Shown here piece after piece: positions 1-16,068 of a stretch of 64,000 nt of DNA (position 1 is its first letter; each line of letters opens with the position of its first letter). The stretch spans positions 7,998,001-8,062,000 of the forward strand of contig OX597820.1 in the NCBI GenBank assembly GCA_951406725.2. The letters are read 5' to 3'. The notes under the pieces were generated by a model. It had not been told where the DNA came from. It saw only the letters and a list, made by a program, of their open reading frames with translations, and did no database searches. This DNA is from Octopus vulgaris (Eukaryota). Position numbers and translations under genes: made by a program.

Positions 1-27
1 CGAGAAATCTTGAAATAACCTGAATGA

Positions 28-1278
<1,251 letters not shown>

Positions 1279-3264
1279 TGAGAAAGATGGTGGATATAGG
1301 TAAAATATCTTTTAATAAACAAATTGCTTTTTTTTCTGTGTCAACTCAGTCTTACTTCCATCTTAATATTGTTGTTGCTTTTATTTGTATTTTTCTTTCT
1401 TATTTCCGCATCTTTCCGTCATCTTAATTTCTCTAGTATTCTTCTTCTTCTTGTTATTGTTATTGGCTGTTTCTGTAGTTTTGATGTTGTCATTCGTATC
1501 ATCGTCGTCGTCGTCGTTGTTGTTGTTGTTGTTGTTCCTATTTTTTTCTCTCTTTTTTTTTTCTATTTTTATGTATTTGTCTTTCAGATTTATTTCTGCC
1601 ATTGTTGTCTTTGTTGTTGTTGTTGTTGTTGTTGTTGTTGCAGAGTTTGTTGTTTTTCTTGGTCGTTCTTTGCTTCTGTCATTCGTGTATTGTTATCGTT
1701 GTTATTCTTTCTGTTTCACTTGCCATTTGCAGTCACCGAATAGAAGTATCCTCCTCTGCCTCCCACCTCTTCTTCTTCCTCCTCTTCTTCTTCTTCAGCC
1801 TCTCTTCTTCTCCTCGTCATTCCCTTTTCTTCTTTTTCATCTTCTTCCTCCTCCTCCTCTTTCTTCTCCATCTTCTTTTCTTATTTTCTTCTTCTTTCCT
1901 TCATTTTTCTCCTTCTTCAAATCTTATTCCATCCTCCATCTTCCTTCTCGATTTTCTCAATTTTTTCTTTCTTCCTTTCTTATTCTTTTTCCTTCTCATC
2001 TTTTTTCACTTCTACCTCCAACTACCTCCTCTTCTTACTCCTCTTCCTCTGACTCCTCTGACTCCTCTGACTCCTTCTTCAACGAAGTCACTCACTGTAA
2101 CATGTATCTGTGGCATAGAGTGGCAGGAGGTGGGCAGGAGCGGAAGGCCGGCCTCTATATATTCATCTGTCTTTTTGTAAACTTATTTACTTATTTCCAT
2201 CTCAAAAGTAAGCAACACATGTTTATTTGTTGAACGCAACAACAACGACGCCTCGACCGACACCCAGACACGTTTCTCCTGGTACTCAGTAAATTAGTTT
2301 TGTAACCGATACACAATACAATATAAATAACAACACAGAATATAAATAAGACGCCAGTGTGAGACGGTAAACAAGCAACAGGTCCATTGGCGGGACTCGA
2401 ACCATCTCCGTTTGTTTTTCCCGCCAGGGATAGTGAGATGGAGGGAGGGAGATGTTTAAGATATCTTAATATCATTTGCATTAAAAATATTAAAAATATT
2501 AGCAATTTTACCATAATTCATGGAATTGGCTTCACCAGTTAACTCTCAAGACCAAATCCAATCCAAACGCCATTATCGATACTATTGAAAAGTTCAACTG
2601 ATTGATTTCATAGGAATCTTCTCACCTGTTTATTATTTCAATTTTAGACAAACCTAGAGGAAGTATTTGAACGCTAATTACTTGAATAATCTCAGCTGAC
2701 AGAAGTTTTTCAATTTACGATATTACATGTGTGAGACTCTGCTATATTTCTGTTTAATTTATAAGGTGTCCTTCCCCCTAGGCTAGGGGATATTTTCTAT
2801 GAGTTATAAAGTATTTCAATATATCAAACACAATCAGATATCTTGAACCAACGAGGGAGCCTATTAGGGGCCAAATAATATGTTAGTACTAACAGCCTCC
2901 ACGTTACTCCTTCACGTTACTCACTCAGTTGTGTTAAATAATCTAAGGGCACATCCTATGATGTAGTCTGATAAACCTATAAAAAGTGAGAAAGTCAAGT
3001 TTGTAAAATCTTTAATCACAAATCTCTTGGATTAAGGTTGACTTGAGATCAAACAACCGCAGCAAAATCCAGTTTTGACTGGAGTTAGAGAGAAAAATAA
3101 AGGTTTACAAAATAGGGATAAGAGCAAAACTGAGTCGTTAACAAAATTCTTTCCTCAGTTTCTGGTTCGATATCAGTGTACGGCACAAAAAGGCAAATGC
3201 CATCTGCAAGGATCTCGGGTTAACCAAAGCTGCGTCAGTAAAATTACGTGCAATTCAGTCGATG

Positions 3265-3310
<46 letters not shown>

Positions 3311-4046
3311 TTGGACCAGCATTCCATGACTAAACTAAACGCATTCAAGCCGATTTGACAATATACATCTGCTCAAACCTTCATACATGACCTATCGCTG
3401 GTCGACTGGTCTTTCGCACGCACACACACACACACACACAACAAACAGCACTCACACATACACATACAACGCACACACAGTGGGCAACAATAAAACCATT
3501 AGAATCGGAAATTTAATCATTCTTCAGTCCAGCTTGGAACAATCCTGGTCAAGTGGGGCTTTCGATTAAATTAAATACGAACCAAAATTTTGTTTCTTTT
3601 GTGAGAGAAATAAACACATATCGAGGTAGTTGTTTTTACCCCTAGGTCTTCTGACTAATGAAAGCAACCCTTATCACAATGATGCCAAGAGAAATGGTCG
3701 AGATTCTACAGAAACAATACTGTGCCATTTCCTGTGGTGTCATTTAGATGGACTTGAGTAATGGCAGTGAAGACAAGCCCCAAATATATCATCAGAGTCA
3801 TAACTTCTGGTGAATCAGACATTGTAGCAACAATGAATATAATTAAACGCGACTCAGCAGCAGGTTCTGTTAAGTCCTCTGCTTATGTTCTGAACGATTA
3901 ACAGCACCAGCAAGCAGATCACTGGACAAAGACACTGCATAGGGCTCAGATAGATAGGGAGAGATGGAGAGAGAGAGGGAGAGAGAGAGGGAGAGAAACA
4001 GAGAGAGAGAGATTAAAATATAAGTATACGTGTATATGTATATATA

Positions 4047-4253
4047 ACGTCGCGTGTGTACCGTTGGCGATTTTTTTCCCTCCGTCTTCCCTTCCTTGGA
4101 TCTTTCCTTTTCCTATGTTTCTGACGAAGAGCTCCGCTCGAAACGTTAAATCCTCCTTCTTTCTTTCCTTTCCTGAGCGTCCAATAACACTATACTTGTT
4201 CCACGTCCTCGCGTGGTTGTGTTTTCTCTTTGTGTTTTCATGTTTGGATTAAC
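4047..4253 (+). mobile_element. Short hammerhead-bearing module in (TA)n, family H1 (Penelope pLTR/retrozyme-like)
   Basis: ~205 bp; close second copy at 47156-47362; both flanked by (TA)n; contains a hammerhead core. Confidence 0.7.
4117..4151 (+). ncRNA. Minimal type-I hammerhead ribozyme motif
   Basis: GUUU-CUGACGA-A-GAGC(UCC)GCUC-GAAA-CGU-U-AAAU: intact core, extra A after A9, 4-bp stem II, palindromic ACGU stem III. Confidence 0.65.
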
Positions 4254-4272
4254 TATATATATACATATATAC

Positions 4273-4326
<54 letters not shown>

Positions 4327-4357
4327 GCGTGCGTGTGTACATGCATGTATATATATA

Positions 4358-5390
4358 TGGTTTCCCAAAATTAAGGCGACCAACCTTTTTTTAATTTTGC
4401 CAAAACAAAATATTATATTTCGGATCCGAGTGTTGCGTTACAATGGTAAAGGAAACACAATTATGACACTACCATATTTATTCGATATGACCACCTCTGT
4501 TTCAAACCCCAGCCTTAAGTCTAGGCGCGAATGCTTCACACGTGGCACACGGCTGTTCTTGCGGAAACGAAGCCCATTCCTGGCGCAGTTTCGCCGTCGA
4601 GCGAAGCATCGGGAGTGCTGGAGACTCTCATCTCCAAAATGGACCAAACAGAAAACTTCAACGGGTTGAGATCAGGGTTCCACGAGGGCCATACATTTCT
4701 TCCTATGAAAGACGGAATGTTTTTTTCTGAATCCAGTGTTGTGTCGGTTCGGAGCTGTGGGGCTGGTGCCGAGTTCTGTTGGAGGCTCCAAGGTGTACCT
4801 TGAAAGCGCTCATTCACCCGTAGAATCAGTTCAGCTTCCAGAATATCACTAATGTATTGTTGGGGGTTAATTTTAACACCCGGGGTCACAACACGAGCGA
4901 AGACCTTTCAGTGGCTGTCATTGTCACCCAAACCATAAATGACTAGATTTTGACGTCGATTTATGAGTCTACCCTCAACGGAACCAGAAACCTTCCAAAG
5001 TCGGTTGTATATATAAGATCCAGGAATCGAGGTGTAGTACGTAAAAAAAAATGTATAGAGCATTGGAGTTTGATGTAAAGTACCTTACAGGATTTAGCGG
5101 ATTTCTGATAAGAAGATCCCAACATTTTCTGATCGACGAAATCCAGCAAAAGTCATCAGTTGAGTTCACTTCTCTATGTAACAAACGTCTTCATAGCACA
5201 ATAAATTATTCTCTGACCTTCAGTTGATTCTCGATCACAAAATGTTGACGACAGCTCCATCTGGAGCAAATACATTAATAATAAAGTGGATATGAACCCT
5301 TGGATGCTCAAAAGTTCCCGGACCGAAAAACCGTGTCATCTTTCTTTTCTCTAACTTTTTTTAAATAGGCGCACATTGAGAACCACTCTG
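4358..5390 (-). mobile_element. Decayed Tc1/mariner superfamily transposon (DD37D/maT-like)
   Basis: Minus ORF 4536-4889 has GVKIN...Y, LQQNSAPA and WPSWNPDLNPLKFSVWSILE (degenerate QQDSAPAH / WPPxSPDLNPLDY); ends approximate. Confidence 0.75.
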
Positions 5391-5455
5391 ATACATGCTG
5401 TGGTTGCCCCATACCAAGCAAAACAGCATCAGAAGAAAACCACGTTATCTTTCAT

Positions 5456-5788
5456 CTTTTAACCTTTGTTTCTTTCAAGCATTAGACTGCGGCCATGCTG
5501 AAGCACATTTTTTTAAACCTGTTACTTATTTTATCGGTTCTTTTGCCGAACCGCAATGCAACGGGAACGCGAACAAGCCAAGCGTTGGTGGTGGACAAAC
5601 ACAGATACAAACACTTACACACAGTAATATACGTATATAAGACGGGCTTCTTTCAGTTTCCGTCTACCAAATCCATTGACAAGGCTTTGGTCGGCCTGAG
5701 ACTATAATAGAAGACACTTGCCCAAGGTGGGGACTGAACCTGGAACCATCTGGTTTGGAAGAAAGCTTCTTACCACACAACCACATCT
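5456..5788 (-). mobile_element. SINE family C, degenerate copy
   Basis: Reverse complement matches 14195-14612 (gacggaaactgaaagaagcccgtc, cagcatggccgcagtc). Confidence 0.8.
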
Positions 5789-6105
5789 GAGAATACATTA
5801 GAAGGCAATTATCAAATGAAATATATAAGCATGACATGCCTTCCTTACAAGAATCCGCCCAAACATTCGGAGTTTTCTTTTTCTTATGGCTACCATTAAA
5901 AGTTGCATCAATTATACGATGTGAAAAATGTCAGCAGAATTGTCCATTTGATATAAACATTGAGTTTATATAACATACATTCTTATATGCATACATATAC
6001 ATATATACATTGTTCATTCATATAAATAAATTTGTGTGCGTATGTGTGTGCGTGTGTGTGAATATATACAAATACACATATATACATATATATATATGTA
6101 TGTAT

Positions 6106-6184
<79 letters not shown>

Positions 6185-6265
6185 TATAAGTTTGTATACA
6201 TGATGTGTGTATGCATGAACATATATATATACATATATACATACATGTGTGTGTGTGTGTGTGTG

Positions 6266-6735
6266 TAATCGATCAGAAGAAAATAGATGGCATGACAGGC
6301 CTTGATTATTGGAATCGTCTCGAAAAACTCATTCTTTATTCTCTTCAACATGGCCACAAGTGTTATATCATTTGTATGATGAGCAAAATATTCCAACAGC
6401 TCTTCCCAAATGATGTTGGCATCCGCTTTAAAATTCACCTGAGGCTTGGTCCCCGTGCTATCCGTCCTCGACAAAAGTCATAATCACGTCACATCACAAC
6501 ATTCTAGGATGCGTGAGAAAAGAAAAAGACCCCTTAATATTTAAACGGTTCCTGGACGAATATCTCCACCGAATTCCAGATGAACCACCTAACCCCGGAT
6601 ATATCTCTGCAAATAATAACTCTCTGCTCGAATGAGCCATGATGCCCATGGAAAGACTCGTATCAAACACATTTTATGTGGTGCTATTAAGTTAGACATG
6701 GTCTGGGCAAATATCGTCCTAAACTTGTCTAAGTA
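6266..6735 (+). mobile_element. CR1-like LINE 3' fragment
   Basis: [23 protein letters not shown]; homologous to the minus-strand copy at 47765-48627. Confidence 0.75.
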
Positions 6736-6742
6736 ATATATA

Positions 6743-8037
6743 TTGGTTTGGCAACTAAGTTCCCGCCGTTTTTTTTTTGGGGGGGGGGGAGTATTACGTT
6801 TTTAAATTTTGGAATCTATTTTTTTCGAGAATTCTATTTTTGAATCATTTTGGAATCTGTTTTGTTCTTTTTTGTTTTTTTTCTTTCGAGTTAATTTTTG
6901 TTTATTTTCAGATCATTAAAATGGAATGTCAAGTTAAGAAAAACGAGCATTTTCGACTCCTCCTTGTTTTTGCTTTTAATCAAGGTTCTAAAGCTGATCG
7001 CGACATTTGTGCTGTGTATGGAAAGGTTGCCATAGCTGAAAGAACTGCTCGTGATTGGTATGCCAAGTTGAAAAATGGAAATTTTGACCTCAAAGACGCA
7101 CCTCGTTCTGGCCGTCCAGTTGAGTTCGATGAAGAGCGATTAAACCAACTTTTGCACGAAAATTCTCGTCAGACGACGAGGAAACAGGCAGAGAAAATGG
7201 AATGCTCCCACACTACTATAGAGAAGCATCTTCACTCGATGGGAAAGGTTCAGAAGTATGGAGCATGGGTTCCGCATGCTTTAAGTGTCAACAACAAAAA
7301 TCAACGAGCCACAATCTCCGCTGGTTTGCTTGCTCGTCACCGCTTAACTCATGGACACAAACAAAGATTTCTTTACCGAATCGCTACTGGCGACAAAAAA
7401 TGGTGCCTGTACATCAATATGAAGCAGCGTAAGGAATTACTTAGTCCCGGTAAACAAGCGACACCACGCGTGAAACAAGATTTTCATCCACGTAAAACGA
7501 TGTTGTGCGTATGGTGGAACTGGGAAGGGATTATCCATTACGAATTGCTTGAACGGAACCAAACGCTCAACACAGAACCCTATGTTCAACAAATGGAACG
7601 ACTTAACATGGCTATTAAAGAGAAAAGACCTAATCGTCAGCATGGAGTTCTTCTGTTACACGACAACGCCCGCCATCGCATCGCCAATATGACCAAGGAG
7701 CCATTTAAACGCATGGTTAGGAAGTGCTGATACACCCGCCGTACTCTCCTGATTTGGCACCAACGGATTTCCACCTCATTCGATCTCTTTCAAATGCTAT
7801 GCGCGGAGTTTCGTTCAATACTGATGCAGAATTGAGAGATTGGTTGGATCATTTTTTCCAATCGAAATCGGGTGATTTCTACCAACGAGGTATTGAAAAT
7901 CTTGTTGAACGTTGGGAAGAAGCTGTAAAAAACAAGGGTGAATACATAATTGATTAATTAGTTGCCATTTTTTATTAAACCTTTTTTAAAAAATTTTAAT
8001 TTTTAAAAAAACGGCGGGAACTTAGTTGCCAACCTAA
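6743..8037 (+). mobile_element. Full-length mariner transposon (1295 bp)
   Basis: ~33-bp TIRs (ttggtttggcaactaagttcccgccgttttttt / aaaaaaacggcgggaacttagttgccaacctaa) flanked by TA at 6741-6742 and 8038-8039. Confidence 0.95.
6921..7957 (+). pseudogene. Mariner DD34D transposase with one frameshift near 7700
   Basis: MECQVKK... HTH region, PRSGRP, WVPHAL, TGDKKW, HDNAR, then HPPYSPDLAPTDFHL in another frame; stop at 7957. Confidence 0.93.
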
Positions 8038-9893
8038 TAAATAAATATATATATGTATATATATATATATATAAGTATGAATTTCCATCCGCACGTTATC
8101 GTTATTATAATATTTATCCTAAGCTGAAAGGATTTCCACTTGTATGACCATTCCATCGGAATACTCTGGGACTTGGGTCTGACGGGTGGCAGCCGACAAC
8201 GAGAAGCATTGGAGATTTTAAGAGCGCCTTCTGAAGCCTTTGCCCAAAACAAACTAAACGGTAACATACATAAGTATGTATGTAAAGCCACTCTTCTAAT
8301 AAATGCATCATCTTTCTACTGCATGGGCTGAGTATTTTGCCTTAGATCTAGATTTCCAATATTTTAACAACGTCCAACAACTATACGTAGGTGCATGAGC
8401 ATGCATGCGTGTGTGTCATAGTATGTATGTAATTACAGAGACAGACAGACAGATAGACGTTATTTAGGCCCAAACCGTCAATGCACTCAAACAGAAGTAT
8501 GGTTTAATCCAGGTGAATCCATAACTTGGGGATAGACTTAAGCAATCACCAACTTAACACTGCTACCTGGCATACTGAGACCCTCTAATCTAAAATACCC
8601 TGTTTCTAGCATGAGGATCGAGCTTCCAGTTTGAGGATGGCTTCCTCCTTCCCTTCCACAAGTCACGTGAACCATGGATCGGGTCGTAGGCACTGTTTTT
8701 CCCCTTCTGACAAACTTAGTTTTATTTCAAGCATAATGTGCCCGGGATTCACATCCAAACTAATTGCCACCATAATACGCTACCCTTTGTGTGTTAGCAG
8801 TGCGTTGTTTTCATTTTAAAGTTTATCTTTATTGACTTATAAACCGTTAATATAAACGAAATACAGAGTCCCTACCAAAAATTAATATCTACGTACCCCC
8901 AGAGCCACAAATGTGCTTAATGTGTAAATTCGGTCTATCCTGTAGTGTTACACCGCTAAACTTAGTTAAGCAATATATTCGTGGTTGGAAGTGGTACTGA
9001 AGAAGAAACAACAATTCCTGAAATATGAATAGACACCCATTCCTTATTCTCCTATCTTCGATCGCATTCTTCATGTAGATGTATTTGTATGCGAAAAGTC
9101 CTAACTTGCAGTGTTGGTTCCAATTTCTATAGAAAATCTGTAGGGATCCACTTTAAAATTATCAAAACTATATTTTGATTCTTTTTGTTTTTTTGATATT
9201 GTAGAGTATGGTTTCGAGAGTATTTAACTGCTTGTTTTATCAGTGTTTACGTCCACGCAGAGGGCCAACTCGTTAGTCGGTTACAGAAGCGTTGTGTTGC
9301 CGACGAGTCATTGTTATGGAGCGCGAAAAAGCTAAACATGAGAAGAGCAAATATAAAGATACAATATGGCCGTTTGTAAAAAGCATTTTGACTGATTAAC
9401 CAGTACATATGTACAGTCATGCCATCTAGTGGCAGATAATACAAAATGTTTGTCAGAAATAACAATCAATCATTTTCTTCTGTTCTGCGTGCCATCCATC
9501 ATTTCTTACAAACCGTTCTTATATTATATTATATCATATGCATACATAGAAACATATATACATATATACATAAATATATACGCATACATACACAGACACA
9601 CACATCAAAACGTGTATGTATGTGTGTGCGTGTATATATATATATATATGCGCACTCATACACAAACACGAATCTATACATGCAGGAAAATATGAATATA
9701 CGCTTAGATATGTATGTATATTTATATATATATATATATATATATATGTAAGCGTATGTATATATAAATATATACACACACGCTCACAAACACATACATC
9801 AATGCGCATAACATAAACTATCAAATAAAGATGGTAGAAAAAATGTTTACATGGATAAACAAACACATCTTTGGTTAATATTTAGATGTGCGT

Positions 9894-10630
<737 letters not shown>

Positions 10631-10969
10631 CTCTGTATATATATGTCTATACACTCGTGTGTAACAGTATATATTCTGGCAGAGAGAACGAAATATATAA
10701 ACAGGCTTTTTAGTAGATTAAGAGAAAGTGGATTGTGTAAGCTAACCACCATCGACACCACCGCCATTACCTCCACCGCTTATACCCTTACCATCACAAC
10801 GCCAATACCACCGTCACCACCACCAACATCATCGGCACCTTCGCTTCATCCCTCCCCCCTCGTCTCTACCAACACTACATCCACGCGCACCACCTCCACC
10901 ACCACCGCCGACGCAACAATTTTTACGATAGAAGCGGAGTTGTTGGAGGTTGATGGGGGATAAATTCTA

Positions 10970-11475
10970 TGATGGTGGTGGTGGTGGTGGTGGCGGCGGC
11001 GGCGGCGGCGGAGATGGGGGAGGAGGTGAGGGTGGGCAGGCGATGGTTGATATCCGGGGTGTGTGGAGGATAGCGGGTGAAGTGGGTGAGGGGGGTGGAG
11101 ATGGTGGAGGTAGTGGTGGATGTAGTAATGGTGGTGGTGGTGGTGGTGGTGGTGATGGTGGTGGTGATGGTGGTGGTGGTGGTGATGGTGATGGTGGTGG
11201 TGGTGATGGTGATGGTGGTGGTGGTGACGGTGGTGGTGGTGGTGGTGGTGGTGGTGGTGGTGGTGGTGATGGTGGTGGTGGTGATGGTGGTGGTGGTGGT
11301 GGTGGTGGTGGTGGTGGTGGTGGTCGTGGTTGTGGTGGTCGTGGTCGTGGTCGTGGTTGTGGTGGTGGTGGTGGTAGTGGTGGTGGTTGTGGTGGTGGTG
11401 GTGGTGGTGGTGGTGGTGGTGGTGGTAGTGATTGTGGTGGTGGTGGTGTCCATGGTCGTCATCGTAGTGATGGTG
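10970..11475. repeat. Degenerate (GGT)n trinucleotide tract
   Basis: Visible; produces the poly-Gly/His/Thr/Val ORFs in several frames. Confidence 0.9.
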
Positions 11476-12439
11476 GCACCAATGTTGATATTGATATTCC
11501 TCCTGGTAGTCGATACGATTATGGCGGTTCGTGAAGAAGAAGCTACTCAAAGTCAGGTAGTCAGTACCTTACTGTGGTACCTGTTTAGAACCAGGTAGAC
11601 TGTACTTCATTGTGGTACCTACTTACAGCTCTTTAAACTCTACCCCTCATCTGATGCTCATAGCGAAGCCATCAAAACCTTTAAAAACCCCAAAAATTCT
11701 TGTGATTGTTTTCTACCACAAATATTCAGTTTATCAGTAAATTCTGCAAATCAACGAAGGAATTTCATCAAAGCTCCTCAGAATGTTAGAAATAACAGCA
11801 AAATATCACTCAAATCACACCCTACCGTCTTGAACAATGAAAGTAAGTATTTATTAATATGGTTATCGATGTAGAAACAGGTCGGATAGTCGTAGCTGGT
11901 TCATCTTTCATCATAGGTTTTCTCAATCAAGGCTACTCTGGGGTTTATAACGTGAACTACGTCTCCATGTCACTACCCACCGAATATCGTTATGTGCAGC
12001 AACGACCTTAGTTAGGCGGGGTCCTGATAGCCCTACTGCAAAGGGGTCCAGATATGTTTTCTCTGAGTTATAGACACCTACATGTCACAGATCCATTCAG
12101 CGTATGGGATTACACAACAGCAGCAGGTGACTAAAGATGAGCCTTTTTGTAGAATTGTAGATTATTTCCGAATAAGGAATCGGGAGGGGTTTGGTCTAGG
12201 GGGAGGTGGGCGAGTGATTAGAGTGGAATTGGGCAGAAATAGTGTGAAACTGGTTACTTTAAAGAATATACCATGGGGGGGGGAGTTGTAGGGAAATGAA
12301 TGCTCAAAGAAACAGAGAAACTGTGATGTGATGGTTTTTGGTGGAGAGAGAGACCTGGAATAAGGTCTTAGAGAATAAAGGACATTGGGCCCCTTTTTCA
12401 TTGCCCTTGTGACATTTGATGTGAGGAATGAAAGGGCTG

Positions 12440-12626
12440 GATACCTATTTCTTTACTACCCACAAGGGGCTAAACACAGAGGGAACAAACAAGGACAGAC
12501 ACACGGATTAAGTCGATTACATCGACCCCAGTGCGTAACTGGTCCTTATTTAATCGACCCCGAAAGGATGAAAGCAAAGTCGACCTCAGCGGAATTTGAA
12601 CTCAGAATGTAACCGCAGACGAAATG
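12440..12626 (-). mobile_element. SINE family B, body only
   Basis: Matches the 185-bp unit at 18798-19769, including the inter-unit junction atacctatttctttactaccc. Confidence 0.85.
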
Positions 12627-13932
12627 CTTGTACTAGAGTGGATGATCTGCTGAAGTTAACCCCGGGACGAGTGGTGGTGTTAAATCAGATTAAATCTAGC
12701 ACTAAACTATCGCCCCACCCTCACACACACACACATCCGTTTAATTTCCTTTCACTGAATTGCACATAAAAGACATTGGCTGATCCGAAGCTAGGATAAA
12801 AGACATTGGCTTCAGACGACGCCGTGCTGTGGGATCGATCTCGAACAGTTTATTAACGAAGCAATCTTTTAAATCACACAGCCATGTCTATTCCTTTAAA
12901 CGATCTTCATTTCCAGGTGCTGTGATCATTACTCCCCCAGCACATGTAAGCAGGTTTTACTTGATGATCTGATGAGATGTGAGGTATATGCTCATGATGA
13001 AGTGAAAGCCTAGTCTCAGGGAGCAGAAGCAGTTTTAGTGATGATGTTTGTTGTTGTTGTTGTTGTTTTAACCCTCACGTCAGTCGTCATGACTCCTCCA
13101 TTCGGCACTTCATATTTCACACTACGTTTTTCAATATATCTTTTCCTTTTCAAGAACATAATTTGAATATGATTTGAGGGAGATTCGATTGCTTTTTCCA
13201 GCAATGTTGTTTTATGTAAAGTTTGTGTGTAAATCTTCTCTGCATATTCCGTCCCCATCCACAATACCAGTGGCTAAAAAAGATCTAAATATCCCTATCA
13301 GGTCATTGTTTGTCACTCTTCTACAAATTCCTCTTTATATTTTCTTTGCTGAACGCTTACGTAACTCAAAAGACATTCTGGACTCCCTTAACACTCCATC
13401 TACGTTAGTCTTTCTTTCTCATCGGACAAAGCAAGTTTCCAAATATATTTCCTCATTCTTTAACATAGACAGCCTTAACACGCAATCGACGCTAGATTTT
13501 TCTTCTCATTGCTATCTAGATTGCCAAGGACAGTTGAAAAATATATCTCCCCAGACTGTCGTCTGTTTTTCAGTGAATGAATTTCTAAATTAGAACTGAC
13601 GCAAGCAAAATATTAGCCAGCCACAGATATTTTCTAATGAGAAGGAAGAATAATTATTGATAATTTCGAATATATTTTCATTATTCTAACGAACATTAAT
13701 TTCATTATAGACAAACAGCAAAGAATGAATAATAGACTAAATTGTTAAATGTTTGATAAACTTGTTTCACGTCCATGAATAAAATGTCGCTATAAATGGA
13801 ACAAATTATATTTTGTTAAACACATTGTTAGCAGTTTGTTTGTCTGACAGTGTTTTTATATATGAAAGTTCTTTGTTTTTATAAATGGTTGTGATGCCAC
13901 GTGAGACATAACAATTATTATCATTATTATTA

Positions 13933-13983
<51 letters not shown>

Positions 13984-14030
13984 GTTGAAGCTTGTTTGTT
14001 TGGGTGATTGGTTTTACAAGTATAACGACG

Positions 14031-14170
14031 ACGGGTGGTGGATTGACGAAATGGTTCGAGCTTTGGACCAAGTGCCTTGTGGTATTTGTTCCAGCTCTTT
14101 GCATTCTGAATTCAAATCTCCCCAAAGTCGACTTTAACATTCATCCTTTCAGATTCGATGAAATGAAAGT
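14031..14170 (+). mobile_element. SINE family B, old degenerate copy
   Basis: ttctgaattcaaat...gtcgacttt...ttcatccttt core. Confidence 0.6.
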
Positions 14171-14194
14171 ATAATGGTAAAATAAATAAATATA

Positions 14195-14363
14195 GGCGCA
14201 GGAGTGGCTGTGTGGTAAGTAGCTTGCTTACCAACCACGTTGTTCCGGGTTTAGTCCCACTGCGTGGCACCTTGAGCAAGTGTCTTCTGCTATAGCCTCG
14301 GGCCGACCAAAGCCTTGTGAGTGGATTTGGTAGACGGAAACTGAAAGAAACGCGACGTATATA

Positions 14364-14423
<60 letters not shown>

Positions 14424-14612
14424 TATGTTTGGCCCCCACCATCGCTTGACAACCGATGCTAGTGTGTTTACGTCCCCGTAACTTAGAGGTTCGGCAAAAT
14501 AGACCGATAGAATAAATACTAGACTCACAAAGAATAAGTCCTGGAGTCGATTTGCTCGACTAAAGGCGGTGCTCCAGCATGGCCGCAGTCAAATGAATGA
14601 AACAAATAAAAG
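14195..14612 (+). mobile_element. SINE family C, full length with internal (TG)n
   Basis: tRNA-like head (A box tggctgtgtgg, B-box-like gggtttagtccc); at least five copies in the window. Confidence 0.88.
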
Positions 14613-14649
<37 letters not shown>

Positions 14650-14853
14650 GGGCGGTGAGCTGGCAGAATCGTTACCTCGCCGAACAAATTACTTAGCGGC
14701 ATTTCGTCCATTTTTATGTTCTGAGTTCAAATTCTGGTCGACTTTGCCTTTCATCCTTTCTAGATCGATGAAATAAGTTGAGTACTGGGGTCGAAGTAAT
14801 CGGCTGGTCCCCCTCCTCCAAAATTTCAGGCCTGGTGCCTTTAGTAGAAAGGA
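14650..14853 (+). mobile_element. SINE family B
   Basis: ggcggtgagctggcagaa head, gagttcaaat B box, gcctttcatcctttc core; flanked by (TTA)n. Confidence 0.85.
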
Positions 14854-14946
14854 TTATTATTATTATTATTATTGTTATTATTATTATTATTGTTGTTGTT
14901 ATTATTATTATTATTGTTGTTGTTATTATTATTATTATTGTTGTTG

Positions 14947-14989
<43 letters not shown>

Positions 14990-15990
14990 TTTTTTTTTTC
15001 TTCTTTCAAATTTGCCTCCATTTCTTGCCGAGTGTCTTCCCGACTCCTAGGGCAAAGAAACTCATAGTATACATTGGTAGGCCATTAAACCAAACTCAAT
15101 AGTTCGTTCATTTTTTTTCATTTTTTTTTTTAAGTTAAATTAAAATACATGAGCAGCAACAGTTCTCACATCGACAATGCTCTTCTCAATACGTGTGATG
15201 TACCAGTTAAGACAATCTTTTGCACTTCTTGCAGGGATGGTAAGCCAGGGATCATTCTCATATAATTTTCGGTTCCCTTCTTGATCATTCCTAGTGCTCC
15301 TACGATCACTGGTATTGTAACCGCCTTGAGATGCCACATTTTATCAATTTCAATGAGTAGGTCTTTATATTTTCTGAGCTTGTCAAACTCTTTCGCTGAG
15401 ATATTATGATCACAGGGGATGCTCATGTCGATCAATAAGCAAACTTTATTGTTTTGATCTTTCACAACAATATCTGGTTTATTGGCCTTGATGGTTCGGT
15501 CTGTATGTACTGGAAAGTCCCACAGAATGGTTACATTTTCTCCTTCAGTTACAGCCTCAGGGTGGTGATTATACCACTTGTCGGCAGTTTTGATATTGTA
15601 ATGCCGACTTATTAGCCAGTGTAGATATTGGCCAACTCTGTCATGTCTTAATTTATACTCCACTGGTGCTAAGACGTTACATCCAGAGATTAGGTGGTCC
15701 ACTGTTTCAATCATGTCGTTGCAGAATCGGCATTTTGGGTCTGCTCCATTTTTCATCACATTCGCCTGGTAGTTCCGGGTTAATAGGCTTTGATCTTGAG
15801 CAGCCAGGATGAAACCTTCGCTCTCTGCTTTTAGCCCTGAGCTCCGTAGCCACTGATGGGTTTGCTTCTGGTCAACATCAGCTTGTTTGCTGCGGGCCAC
15901 ATATTTGCCGTGCAGAGGTTTCTCCTCCCACCTATCAGCCAATTGCTCGTGCGCTTTTTTGGTTGCCATTATTTTCACCTTCTTTGCAAC
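14990..15990 (-). mobile_element. 5'-truncated RLE-type non-LTR retrotransposon (R4/Dong-like), copy 1
   Basis: Open 270-aa frame 15166-15978: CRFC..H..SGC zinc knuckle, RHD, KPDIV, EFDKLRKY restriction-like endonuclease; A-rich 3' end; both ends in (TAA)n. Confidence 0.9.
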
Positions 15991-15992
15991 AA

Positions 15993-16050
<58 letters not shown>

Positions 16051-16068
16051 GTTATTATTATTATTATT

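Noticed and set aside
1324-2233. Hydrophobic 139-282 aa ORFs
   Set aside because: Low-complexity (TTG)/(TTC)/(CCT) sequence.
3680-3900. Possible CR1 inter-domain fragment (EMVEILQKQY...SAAG)
   Set aside because: Too degenerate to call without an alignment.
10846-11598. Gly-rich / His-rich ORFs resembling structural proteins
   Set aside because: (GGT)n tract open in most frames on both strands; no signal peptide or splice support.
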